In this document: positions 9,379 to 22,500 of the stretch, one piece after another
How positions within the stretch are numbered: position 1 is the stretch's first letter
Layout: each line of letters begins with the position of its first letter
Assembly (NCBI GenBank): GCA_963833985.1
Contig: CAWIAD010000001.1
Location: 960,001-1,024,000, forward strand
Direction of reading: 5' to 3'
Source of the DNA: an uncultured Planctomycetaceae bacterium
GTDB lineage: Bacteria > Planctomycetota > Planctomycetia > Isosphaerales > Isosphaeraceae
Length of the DNA: 64,000 nt
Notes under the pieces: generated by a model
What the model was told of the DNA's origin: nothing
What the model saw: only the letters and a program-made list of their open reading frames with translations
Database searches by the model: none
Position numbers and translations under genes: made by a program

Positions 9379-9867
9379 ATGCTGGGCGAACCCAGTTCGC
9401 TTGCGATCTCCGCGCCTCGCCATGTGCCCAGCGGTGCACGCAAAGCCTCGAAGGCAGCGCCTCGCCTGGAGCCTCTGGAGCACAGGGAGCTGCTTGCCGG
9501 CGGCGGTCTGAATGACGTTTCCATGGCGCTGAGCACCGACAGGCCTGAGTACCATCGGGGACAGTCCATCGTGATGACGCTGACCGAGACGAACACCAGC
9601 CAGCACGACATGACGGTGTACCTCGGCCCCAGCAATGACGGCTTCATCGCGACGGTGGGCGGGCGCGAGGTCTGGACCTCCAACCCTGGTCCTCAGCCGA
9701 TGTGGCTCGTCCCGAAGACGATCCGGCCGGGCAAATCCATCACGATCACGGTCCGCTGGAACGGCCAGGCGAACTTCAATGGCTCGGGCCCGGTGACCGG
9801 TCATATCGTGATCCGCTCGGAACTGGCGGGCTCCCCCCGCACCAGCATCCAGCTCCTCAGCTCCTGA
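9379..9867 (+). CDS. Small planctomycete extracellular protein (LEPLEHRELL motif plus BsuPI/Ig-like domain)
   Basis: AAGGA RBS; LEPLEHRELLA; LSTDRPEY..G..I.MTLT..N...VW...PGKS.....W resembles BsuPI-like beta-sandwich domains. Confidence 0.65.
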   Translation: MLGEPSSLAISAPRHVPSGARKASKAAPRLEPLEHRELLAGGGLNDVSMALSTDRPEYHRGQSIVMTLTETNTSQHDMTVYLGPSNDGFIATVGGREVWTSNPGPQPMWLVPKTIRPGKSITITVRWNGQANFNGSGPVTGHIVIRSELAGSPRTSIQLLSS

Positions 9868-10021
9868 CCGTCAGCCCTCCCGGCTTGTCCTCTCTGAGCA
9901 AGTCGTCTCTCCTCACCACAGTCCGGCGGCGGTTCGCCAGTGCGGGCGGACCGCCGCCGGCCCGCGCAGGGTGCCGAGCCTCGGCCGTCCGTCGCGTCGG
10001 ACCCAATCGCCGACTATTTTC

Positions 10022-10050
10022 TTGACTCGCCCCTGCCGTGCCGTTAGGGT
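10022..10050 (+). promoter_or_regulatory. Candidate sigma-70 promoter for ppdK
   Basis: TTGACT-17 nt-TAGGGT about 235 nt upstream of the start codon. Confidence 0.4.
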
Positions 10051-10284
10051 GAGTTCTAATAAGGAATCACCAATTGAAGCGTTGCCGGCGGACAGTCTGC
10101 GCACTTGTGCTGCCAGTGTCTGGCCGCCGTTTTTCTTCAACGACCGAAGAGAACGTCATGACCGGGGGACTGCGGAAGGAACCGCTCCCACCGAGATCGC
10201 CGGTGCGAGCTGGCGAGCTTCCGGCCCTGCCATACCTGAGCTGTCGTTGAATTTCTTGACTCGTTTCGGGAGTCTTCCAGTCCG

Positions 10285-12960
<2,676 letters not shown>

Positions 12961-13151
12961 GCTGACTGACACCCGCTGGAACCATCCATCATGCGGAATG
13001 GGGACGACCGTCCTCATTCCGCATTTTCATTTCGCCACCCTTCATGAGCCAGCCGCGGCTCACAACCGGCCGCCGGCCCACTTGAGCCACTGGGGATTGT
13101 CCGTCGCGTAGAATGCGCGTGTCGGGATTCCGGAATTCGCGAGCCGAGGTG

Positions 13152-14465
13152 ATGATGACGAGCAATGATGGAAACGCGGCTGCACGGCCGCAGCGTGTTG
13201 ATCCGCTTGGCAGGCGGGAGCTGATCCTGTTACTGGTTCTGGCCTCCGTCCAGTTCTTCAGCATCGTCGATTTCATGGTGGTCATGCCGCTGGGGCCGCA
13301 GCTCAATCGAACGCTGGGCATCAATACCCGCCAGTTCGGTCTGGTGGTCGCCTCGTACACCGTCGCCGCGGGCATCGCCGGACTGCTGGGCTCGGCGGTG
13401 CTCGACCGATTCGGCCGCAGGCGTGCGTACCTGGGGCTGTTCACCGGCTTTCTGCTCGGCACGCTGCTCTGCGGATTATCCGTCAACTACGCAACCTTGT
13501 TGCTGGCCCGGGTCGTCACCGGGGTGTTCGGAGGGATCCTTGGCGGCATGGCCTTGGCGATCGTCGGCGACGTGTTTCCCGAAGAGCGGCGCGGCCGGGC
13601 CACGGGCGTCCTGATGTCTGCCTTCGCGCTGGCGTCGGTGCTCGGCGTGCCCATCTGCATTGCCCTGGGCGACCGGTTCGGCTGGCATGTGCCGTTCGTC
13701 TTGCTGGCGGCCGTCGGCCTGCCGTTTCTGTTCCTCGGGTCCTGGGTGCTTCCTCCCTTGCGCGATCACCTCACCGGCGCGGTGCACGCCCACCCGCTGG
13801 CCCAGCTGCGCGACACGTTCCGCCACCCCAATAACCTCCGTGCCTTCGCGCTCACGTTCATGATCATGTTCGGCGGTTTCTCGATCATCCCCTACATCAG
13901 CCTGTACCTGGTGGGCAATGTGGGCGTCAGCGAGACCGACCTGACCTGGGTCTACATGACCGGCGGGCTGCTCACGCTCGTGGGCGCGCCGCTGATCGGC
14001 CGGCTGGCCGACCGCTTCGGCAAGGTGTTCATCTACCGGATCGTCGCGTTGGTCGCGGCCGGATTCATGCTGGTGATGACGAACCTGCCGCCCGTTCCTC
14101 TGGCCGTGGCGATGGTGGTCTTCGGGGCGCTCATGCTCTGCAATGCCGGGCGGATGGTGGCCGGCATGGCGATCGTGACCGGATCGGTCGTCGCTCGCCA
14201 GCGGGGCAGCGCGATGAGCGCGAATTCCGCCGTGCAGCACCTCGCCTCCGGCCTGGGAGCCCTGGTGGCTGGCCAGATCATCGTCCCCAGCACCGTCCTT
14301 GTGCATTTTGAATGGGTTGGACTGATGGGTGCGGCAGCGACCTTGCTGTCGATCTGGCTGGCCGGCTGGGTCCGGACGGACGTGCGTTCCGTGACGCCAC
14401 AGTGGGAATCCCCTGGTCTGGCGCAGCCCGAGTACCAGGCGTTTCCCGCCAGCGAATCCCTTTGA
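13152..14465 (+). CDS. MFS transporter
   Basis: About 12 hydrophobic segments; motif A copies LDRFGRRR and LADRFGK; EERRGRATG. Start could be 13113. Confidence 0.9.
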   Translation: MMTSNDGNAAARPQRVDPLGRRELILLLVLASVQFFSIVDFMVVMPLGPQLNRTLGINTRQFGLVVASYTVAAGIAGLLGSAVLDRFGRRRAYLGLFTGFLLGTLLCGLSVNYATLLLARVVTGVFGGILGGMALAIVGDVFPEERRGRATGVLMSAFALASVLGVPICIALGDRFGWHVPFVLLAAVGLPFLFLGSWVLPPLRDHLTGAVHAHPLAQLRDTFRHPNNLRAFALTFMIMFGGFSIIPYISLYLVGNVGVSETDLTWVYMTGGLLTLVGAPLIGRLADRFGKVFIYRIVALVAAGFMLVMTNLPPVPLAVAMVVFGALMLCNAGRMVAGMAIVTGSVVARQRGSAMSANSAVQHLASGLGALVAGQIIVPSTVLVHFEWVGLMGAAATLLSIWLAGWVRTDVRSVTPQWESPGLAQPEYQAFPASESL

Positions 14466-14483
14466 AGCTCGCCGCAAGAATGC

Positions 14484-15997
14484 TCACGCGTGCGGGCGTT
14501 CCTTGTGGTAATGGCCAATGACTGTCTCGACAGCCCGGCGCCATCGTTCCATGGCGCGCGACCGCCACGCGTAATCACGGGCGGGCGCGAATGTTTGCTC
14601 GCCCGATTCCAGCAGTTCGAGCACCCTGGCCCGACCGCTCCAGAGCCCCACACCAAGCCCGGCCAGCACCGCAGCCCCCAGAGCGGTCGACTCGCTTTGC
14701 GGGCTGCGCCGGATCGGCCGGCCGAGGACGTCGGCCTGGAATTGCAGGAAGGCGTCCGACCGGGCCATCCCGCCGTCCACCCGCAGTTCGGCGAGCACGC
14801 CGCCGAGGTCGTCCTGCACGGCCTCGATCAGGTCGGCGATCTGGAAGGCGACTCCTTCCAGTGTGGCCCGCGCGATATCGGCCACGGTGCTGCCCCGGGT
14901 GAGCCCGAAGAGGGTTCCGCGCGCCTCGGGCTTCCAGTGCGGGGCCCCCAGGCCAGTCAGGGCCGGCACGAAGGTGACCTCGCAATCGGGGTGGCCTTCC
15001 AGGGCCAGCGCGCCGATCTCGGGCGCCGCGCCGATCGCCTTGAGCCCGTCACGAAACCACTGCACCGCCGCGCCGGCAATGAACACACTTCCTTCCAGGG
15101 CGAACTGCGCCGGCTCGCCCACCAGCGAGGCGGCACGCGTGGAGATGAGCCCGCTGCTGGAACGGGCGACGTGAGCGCCTGTATGGGCCAGCAGGAACGC
15201 ACCGGTGCCATACGTGCACTTGGCCTGCCCCGGGTCCAGGCAGCCCTGGCCCACAAGGGAAGCCTGCTGGTCGCCGGCCACCCCGGTGATGGGAATGCCA
15301 TCGGGAAGATAATCCAGGCCGGAGGTCACGCCAAAATCCCCCGCGCTGGGGCGGATCGCCGCCAATATTCCGCGTGGCACCTCGAATAGGTCACAGAGTG
15401 ATTCAGCGTACTGGCCGGTTTCCAGCTCCATCAGAAGGGTGCGTGACGCGTTCGTGACATCGGTCAGGTGCTGCCGGCCGCCGGTGAGATGCCAGATGAT
15501 CAGGGTATCAACGGTCCCCGCGGCCAGTTCGCCCGCGTCCGCGCACGGCGCGCCCCGGGTACGTGATCGAGAATCCAGGCCATCTTGGTCGCCGAGAAAT
15601 AAGGGTCGAGGACCAGGCCGGTGGTCTGGGAGATCCATGCCGCCTGGCCGTGCAGGCGACCGCAGGCGGCTGCCGTTCTGCGATCTTGCCAGACCAGCGC
15701 GGGTGCGATTGGACGGCCGGTCGCACGCTCCCAGAGGATGGTCGTTTCACGCTGATTGGTCAGTCCGATGGCTGCAATCCGGTCCGCTCTCACACCCGCG
15801 TCAAGCAAGGCGAGCGTCACCTGAGACCCGACCGATGCAATCAGGGCGTCGGCGTCATGTTCGACCCAGCCGGATCGCGGGTAAGAGGGCAAGACCTCCG
15901 CCTGCCCTTGACCGGCCACCTGGAGTCTTGCATCGTACACAACCGCCCGCGTGCTGGTGGTTCCCTGGTCGATCACCAGGAGATGGTCGCGTGCCAT
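14484..15997 (-). CDS. glpK: Glycerol kinase, 1-nt frameshift at ~15548
   Basis: N-part (in ORF 15500..16429): MARDHLLVIDQGTTSTRA, GWVEHD, TNQRET, WQDRR, DPYFSATK. C-part (ORF 14484..15638): GTVDT, TDVTNASRT, AGDQQA, KCTYGTG, ALEG, LRVDGG. One missing base joins them. Confidence 0.93.
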
Positions 15998-16066
15998 GTG
16001 CTTGCTGATCCCTCTGCTTGAGACTGGCAGATCCGTCGAGGATACTCCTTCCCACTGAGGCAAACC

Positions 16067-16519
16067 ATGGACAAGACGACGATCTACGAATGCCTGGGCT
16101 TCGTGCTCGGGTTCCTGGGCATCGGCATCGCCTATTACGCCATCCACCTGGGCATCAGGCTGGAGCGCACGAAGCGCGAGCTCGAGCACAAGGAGCGAAT
16201 GCGGGCGCTGGAGCTCGGCCGCAAGATGCCCGGCGAGGGACCCTGGCTCTCGCCCTTGAAGGCGGGGGTGCTGGTTGCGGCCGTCGTACCGATTGGCGTT
16301 TCGGCCATGGCCTACCTGTCCAGCCTTGCGGTCGGCTTCCAGGATGGCATCTGGCAGGTCGCGGGGATCGTGAGTTGTTTCGCGGTCGTCTGCGGCACCG
16401 TGCTCACGGGCCACGCCTTCTCGCGGCAATCGGAGAGTTTATTCACAAACCAGGTTCCCGTGCACAAGGAGCCGGTCGAGGAAGATCTCTACGACGTCGT
16501 CTCGGCGCGGCAGAACTGA
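16067..16519 (+). CDS. Small membrane protein, DUF6249-like
   Basis: N-terminal TM segment, RELEHKERMRALELG, two further TM segments. Confidence 0.7.
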   Translation: MDKTTIYECLGFVLGFLGIGIAYYAIHLGIRLERTKRELEHKERMRALELGRKMPGEGPWLSPLKAGVLVAAVVPIGVSAMAYLSSLAVGFQDGIWQVAGIVSCFAVVCGTVLTGHAFSRQSESLFTNQVPVHKEPVEEDLYDVVSARQN

Positions 16520-16561
16520 GCACTCGCTGGAGTAGGTATAGCAAGCAGAGAGGGTGAACCC

Positions 16562-17023
16562 ATGATCGAACCCGTGATTATTCCCATTTTTGGCATCATG
16601 CTGCCGCTTGTGCTGGTGCCCAGCATCATCACGCTCGTTCACCGGCACAAACGCCGCGAGTGGCAGCACCAGGAGCGGCTCCGCGCCATCGAAATGGGCT
16701 TGCCCGTGGCGCCGGGCCGGCCGTGGCTGGGAGGTGCCGCCGTGACGGCCATCGCTGCCGGCGTGCCCGCGGCCTCGGTGCTCGGTGCGATCGTCGCGAC
16801 GCTGAACATTCCGCTCTCGCAGCCCGATTACCTTGCGATCATTGCCGTCATCTGGGTCTGCGCATCCCTCATCAGCGCCGTCGCCCTGCTGACCGGTCTG
16901 ATCCTCGGGGTCCTGCTGCTGCGGTCAAAGCCGCACAGTCTCACCGTGGACCAGTTCCCGGCGAACACCAAGCCGGCCTTTGAGCCCGACGCCTACGACG
17001 TGGTCTCCAGCCGCGGAGCCTGA
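16562..17023 (+). CDS. Small membrane protein, DUF6249-like (paralogue of upstream gene)
   Basis: N-terminal TM segment, REWQHQERLRAIEMG, two TM segments, C-terminal YDVVS shared with the upstream gene. Confidence 0.7.
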   Translation: MIEPVIIPIFGIMLPLVLVPSIITLVHRHKRREWQHQERLRAIEMGLPVAPGRPWLGGAAVTAIAAGVPAASVLGAIVATLNIPLSQPDYLAIIAVIWVCASLISAVALLTGLILGVLLLRSKPHSLTVDQFPANTKPAFEPDAYDVVSSRGA

Positions 17024-18352
17024 GCCGGTGTCTTGACCGCTCCATCGCGACAGGCCTGCTCCAGCCCAGACCGCCATGAGCGGCTCGATGGGGATGTGGA
17101 ACCGCGCCGAGACGATCGTCAGCGCGTGAAACGCGGAGATCACCAGTGCCGTCGCCACCAGGGGCCAGAGCCTCCGCCGGACCCCCGAAGCGGCAAGTGC
17201 GAGCCCTGCGATCGCTCCCGATAATAGCGCGAGGTGGCTGGCCCGGTACACCCACACCCGGGTCTTGGGATTCGTCTCGTCGAAGATCCAGAAGTAGCGC
17301 AGCCGGCGCAGGCAAAGGCCAGGATAGCGTCCCGGGCGCTCGCTCAACTCGGCGATCGCACGCCGCCAGAGGATCCGCGACCGCTCCGGCTCGGAGACCG
17401 CCGCCAGCTCTTCGATGTCGGCACGCGAAAGTGCGATGTCGTCGATGTAGCCGGCCTCGTGACGCGCCGCCCAGAGACGGCGATTCAGGCCGGCCAGCCC
17501 GGGGTCCCCGGCACCGCCGTCGAGCACGCGCTGCACGCTCTGGCGGACCACCTTGTCCGTCCCCTCGCTGAGCGCACAGTTTCCCTGCCAGAACGCATAG
17601 CCAAACGTACTCTTGATGGCCACGAACTCGCCGTGCACCCGCGCATTGCGCACCATCCAGGGTGCAATGCCCACGCCGGCGGTGAGCAGGACCAGGCTCG
17701 CCAGGCGGGCCGCCTGCCCGAGCGTGCAGCCGCGTTGCACGGTCGCTCGCCCCAGCATCCAGAGCGCGCCGGGTGCTACTAGAGCAAGGATCGGGTCGCA
17801 GAGCACCAGCAAGGCGAGCAGCAACCCGGTGAGAAGGGCCGTCGCCGCCCGCTGATCGGCACCCGCCTTATGAGCCCATGCCAGCACCCAGACCACGAGC
17901 GTCGCCGCCAGTCCCGAGACCTGCACGTGCGTGGCTGCGTAAACCAGAGTAGGGTGCACGGCGGCAATGAATCCGGCTCCCAGGCTTACCGCCGGACAGT
18001 TCGGCGCCACCGCACGCGCCAGACGGATTGTCCCCAGCACCAGCAGACCGCCCAGCGCCGCCTGGCACAGCTCCAGGATCAGCAGGGCCCGCGGGGTTTC
18101 CACGCCTCCCGCGGCATACGCCAGCGCCACCAGGGCCGGATAGACGGGTGCCTGCTGCGATGTTGGGCCCGTCGCTCCCAGGAAGCGAACCGTGAACCCC
18201 CGTCCGGCTAAGAGGTTGGCGGCGATCTCGCCATGCTCATACGTGCTGCGCGGCACGTGGTGGCTTTGAAGCACCAGCACGGCCCCCGCACGAAGCAGTA
18301 CGGCCAGCGCCACCAGGACAGCGTGGAATCGAGTCCCGCGTCGTACGCACAT
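16925..18352 (-). CDS. GT-C / glycosyltransferase family 39 (ArnT/PMT-like) membrane protein
   Basis: YEHGEIAANLLAGRGF...PVYPAL, multiple TM segments, PWMVRN...G.F...S.FG..FWQGN, C-terminal RFHIP.EP. Confidence 0.75.
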   Translation of the reverse strand: MCVRRGTRFHAVLVALAVLLRAGAVLVLQSHHVPRSTYEHGEIAANLLAGRGFTVRFLGATGPTSQQAPVYPALVALAYAAGGVETPRALLILELCQAALGGLLVLGTIRLARAVAPNCPAVSLGAGFIAAVHPTLVYAATHVQVSGLAATLVVWVLAWAHKAGADQRAATALLTGLLLALLVLCDPILALVAPGALWMLGRATVQRGCTLGQAARLASLVLLTAGVGIAPWMVRNARVHGEFVAIKSTFGYAFWQGNCALSEGTDKVVRQSVQRVLDGGAGDPGLAGLNRRLWAARHEAGYIDDIALSRADIEELAAVSEPERSRILWRRAIAELSERPGRYPGLCLRRLRYFWIFDETNPKTRVWVYRASHLALLSGAIAGLALAASGVRRRLWPLVATALVISAFHALTIVSARFHIPIEPLMAVWAGAGLSRWSGQDTGSGSAAGDHVVGVGLKGRLGVRRELVHGETVRL

Positions 18353-19566
18353 TCATCAATTCTCCGGTCGCTGCGAACCCCGAGTTGCCGGCGCGGACGC
18401 TTTCTCCGGGGCCGCCTCCTGGATGACGCCGGGATTCTGCGATAAGGCGTCGTGAGGGTCAACCCGGATCAACGAACCTCCTGCGCAGTCTCTGCGTTGC
18501 CGGGGAGCAGCGACGCACCGGCGCGGGGGCGGGATCGTACGGCACGGTCCTGATGTGTCTTGAACAAGCGACTTTCATGTTTATCAAATGTGAACCAAGA
18601 AAACGCCCAGTGTCCGGGGCAGGTTCTCACTCAAAGCCGCGTACAATGTGGTCTGCCGGCTGGTCGCTGGCGCGTCGGGGCCATCAGGTCCGTTTGCGAT
18701 GCGCCGGCCTGGGGCATGGTTCGGGCCATGGCCGGTCCCGGACTTCTCGTTCTTTCCCGTCGTGCAAGAAACGAAGTCGTGCGGGACAACGGCACGCTTT
18801 TTTTCCTTTTTCTGACGTTAGTCGCTGGATTCGACAAGATCGCATCGTTATGATCGTCGCCGGCACCATGGAATTCGCACTGGATCGGCGAGATCAACTC
18901 TCGGGATGCATTATTCATCATCCCGGACCCGGCTCGGAGGCTCCCCCAGCGCAGGCACGATTCGATTCCGCCTGATGGATCGGTTCCCCAAACTTGCTCA
19001 GTCCGCCTGTTCTGACCGCCCCATGGTCCGAGGCCTCCTGCCGCCATACGGAACCGTGCATTTGTGTTATTTCCACGCACTTGCCAACATCTTCCGCCGA
19101 AAAAAAAACGGATGATTCGAGAATTTGTTTGACTGTTCCGGGATGCCTATGGTTAGCTTCTTCCATGAATGAACGGCAAGGTGTTAGGGATGGGTGCTCC
19201 GATCCGTGAATCCATACCGCTGACAACGCTCGATGTTGTTTCTGTGTGCAAAGGTGCTCCATTCGTGGTGTGCGGCCCGCCCTGATCCAGGGCCGGAGGA
19301 AGCTGGTCCTTCCTGCTCCTGGTCATGGGCTGCACGAAAAAACGCGGGGTGTTAACCGAGCCAGGGTTGGCTCGAGGCGGAGTCCTCATCGTCTGGTCGC
19401 TGCTCTGGCAGCGACGTCTGCACCAGCAGCCCGGTTGGTTTTTTGAAGTTGCGACGGACGCTCTCGCGACGGATCTGTTCGCCGGATCGTTGTGCGCTAA
19501 CTCATTGCAATATATCTCCCCGTCATTTTCCATTCGCGGAAGTTTTCTTCACTGAGGGGCAACTCG

Positions 19567-22500
19567 ATGAAGCGATCGAAGACGTACAGCCAGGTGGTTC
19601 GCAAGGCCGATCGTCGTTTCTCCGCTCGGACTTCGACCCATGCGCGGCGCCGCGCTGCGGATATGAAGCTCGAGTCGCTCGAGGAGCGAACGCTGCTTTC
19701 GACCACCAAGCCCCTGCTTCCGTCCGGACCGGTGGGCCTTGGCCCCACCTACACCGCGCTTTCTGAGCAGGCCCACGGCGTGACCCTGTCGTCGTCGCCC
19801 ACAAACACGTTCGCCCCCGGCAGCACGGGCGGTCCCGGCGGCTCGACCACCGTGTCGATGACCGAGCTGGAGGCGTACCTGAAGCAGCTCACGGCCAGCT
19901 TGAACAAGGTCAACGGCCAGGGCCCGGGTGCAACCAAGGCCCAGGCGCCAGCGCCCGGACCAGGGAATTATTACGCGAACAATCAAGATAACCCGCAGCA
20001 GGAAAGCCAGCCCGTCTACAGCGTGAATGATCCGGCCGCACAGTTGACCAGGCTGCGGATCGACCCCAGCTTGACGGGCATCTCCACACCCGCGGTCGAT
20101 CCGTCGGTCATCGCCGGCTTCAACGGCATGAACTTCCTGGACTCGGTCAACGGTTACATCCCCCCTGACACCAGCATCGCCGTGGGCAGCCAGTACGTCG
20201 TCGAGACGGTGAACGCCCAGATCCAGTTCTACAACAAGGCGACCGGCCAGGCGATGCTGCCGAACACGCCCTTGTACAACTTCTTCGGCCAGCCCTTCGA
20301 GTCGCCTTATGAAGCCGTCGTCACCTATGACGACATTGCCAAACGCTTCGTCGTCGCCTCCAATACCGGCTCAGGCGACATGCTGCTGGCTGTCTCCAAG
20401 GACAGCAACCCGATGGACGGGTTCAGCACGTACGACCTGCCGGTGAGCCAGTCTGGCTGGTTCAACGCAACCACCCGCATGGGCTGGAACGCGGACGAGC
20501 TGGTCGTCACGTTCGACCAGTATTCCTATTACGGGTACGCTCCGCAGGTCGAGGTGATCTCGCTCGCCGCCAGCTCGCTCTTCGCGAGCTCGCCGCCTAC
20601 CTCCCTGAGCCAGGGAACCGATTACTTCGTCAACAATCGCACCAGCAACGATTTCGGCCTGGCCCCCGCGACGATGCACGGCGCAGCGCCCGGAACGCCG
20701 ATGTACTTCGTCGAAGAGAACTCGATCGGCAACGGCGGCGCGCTGCGCGTGGTGGCAGGCAGCAACCTTCTGAGCAGCAGCCCTTCGTACACTGACACCG
20801 TCGTGTCCGTCGATTCTTACACCGAGCCTCCCGCCGCCACCCAGCCCTCCGGCAGCATCAGCACCAACAATTCCGAGATCCTCACCGCGGACTACCGCGA
20901 CGGCCTGCTGGTTGCGGGTCAGAATGTGGGCCTGACCACCGACAGCGACGTCCATGCCCGCTGGTACGAGGTGAGCACCAGCGGCACGCCGTCGCTCGTC
21001 CAGGACGGGACCATTTCCCCCGCTCCCGGAACAGACACGTATTTCCCGGCGCTCGCCATCGCGCCTGGCGACGTCATCGGCATGACCTACAACGAGTCAT
21101 CCCTCACCGAGTATCCCTCGGTCTACGTCACCGGCCGGACCACGAGCACGCCCACTGGCACCATGCAGACGCCGATGCTGGCCGTGTCCGGCACGGCTAC
21201 TTATTCCGACTTCGCCGGCAACGTGTGGGGCAGCTTCAGCGGGCTGGCCGTCGACCCGACCGACGGCAGCTTGTGGAGCGGCGCCGAGTACTCGACCTCG
21301 ACTCTTTCCGGCTACCCGGCCAACTGGGCCACCTGGATCTCGCATTTCTCGGTGGCACTCTCCGTGGTCTCCAGCAGCCCGGCGGGCGGCTCGATCGTCT
21401 CTGGCACGGCCCCGACCAGCTTCTCGCTCAAGTTCTCCGAGCCGGTCGACCCCAGCTCCATCACGGCCGCGAACTTCACGGTCGACGGCACGGCCGCGAG
21501 CGCCGATTCGGTGAGCGCTGATGGTCTCACCGTCACCTACACGTTCGCCAAGACGCCCCTGGTCACCCAGGGCACCGAGACGATGAGCCTGCCGGCCGGC
21601 GCGCTGAAGGCGGCCAGCGACGAGAGCGGCAATGTCGCCTTCGATGCCACGTTCCAGTACGTCAAGGCACAGCTCTCCGTCACCGCCACCAGCCCGGCCG
21701 TAGGGTCGATCCTGAACGCCCCGGTCACGGACCTGATCGTCCAGTTCAACACGGCGTTCAACCCCTACACCGTCAGCGCCAGCGATTTCCAGGTCAGCCA
21801 GGGAAGCGTCCTGAAAGCCGTTCCGGTCACCAACCAGGCGGTGGACCTGACGCTCTCGGGCGTCACCCAGGACGGCAGCCTGACCCTCACCATCCCCGCA
21901 GGCGCCATCCTCGACCCCTTCGGCGTGGGCAACGTCGCCTTCAGCGGCAGCTACATCATCCAGGTCAATTCCCAACCGTTTCCGACCACCTTCTCCCAGG
22001 TGCCTCCAGCCGGCAGCCTGATCTATGATCCCTCGGTCACCGGGGCCATCAACTTCACCGGCGACACGGATACCTACACGCTTTCCCTGGCCGCGAACCA
22101 GAACATCACACTGGTCCTGGCCACCGATCCCAGCCTCATTGGCGCTGTCCAGCTTGTGAATTCCAGCGGGCACATCGTCGCCTCGGCCGTGGCCTCGTCA
22201 GCCGGTGCCACGGTGGTCCTCCAGACCGGTCAAGTGGCCACGGCCGGTACCTACTCGCTGGTCGTCGCCGGTGCCCAGGCCAGCCAGGGCAATTACACGC
22301 TCTCGGCCATCCTCAACGCCGCCTACAAGCAGTCGAGCGACAACATCAGCTCGATCGGCCAGGCGTATGACCTGACGGGCGCCTTCGCCAGTCTGGGAAC
22401 GACTCCCACGTCCGATCGCGCCGGGGTGGTCGGCACCTTCGGTACCGAGGGCGACTACTACAGCTTCTTCTTGAACGCGGGACAAAGCGCCACCATCGCC

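Noticed and set aside
14484..15997. glpK, polX and the other split genes as true pseudogenes
   Set aside because: Each break is a single 1-nt deletion in a shared context with intact catalytic motifs; sequencing error is more parsimonious, though not proven.
18353..19566. c-di-GMP riboswitch or sigma-54 promoter upstream of the giant gene
   Set aside because: No GEMM-type GCAAA/GAAA architecture and no correctly spaced GG-N10-GC TGGCAC/TTGC box found by eye.
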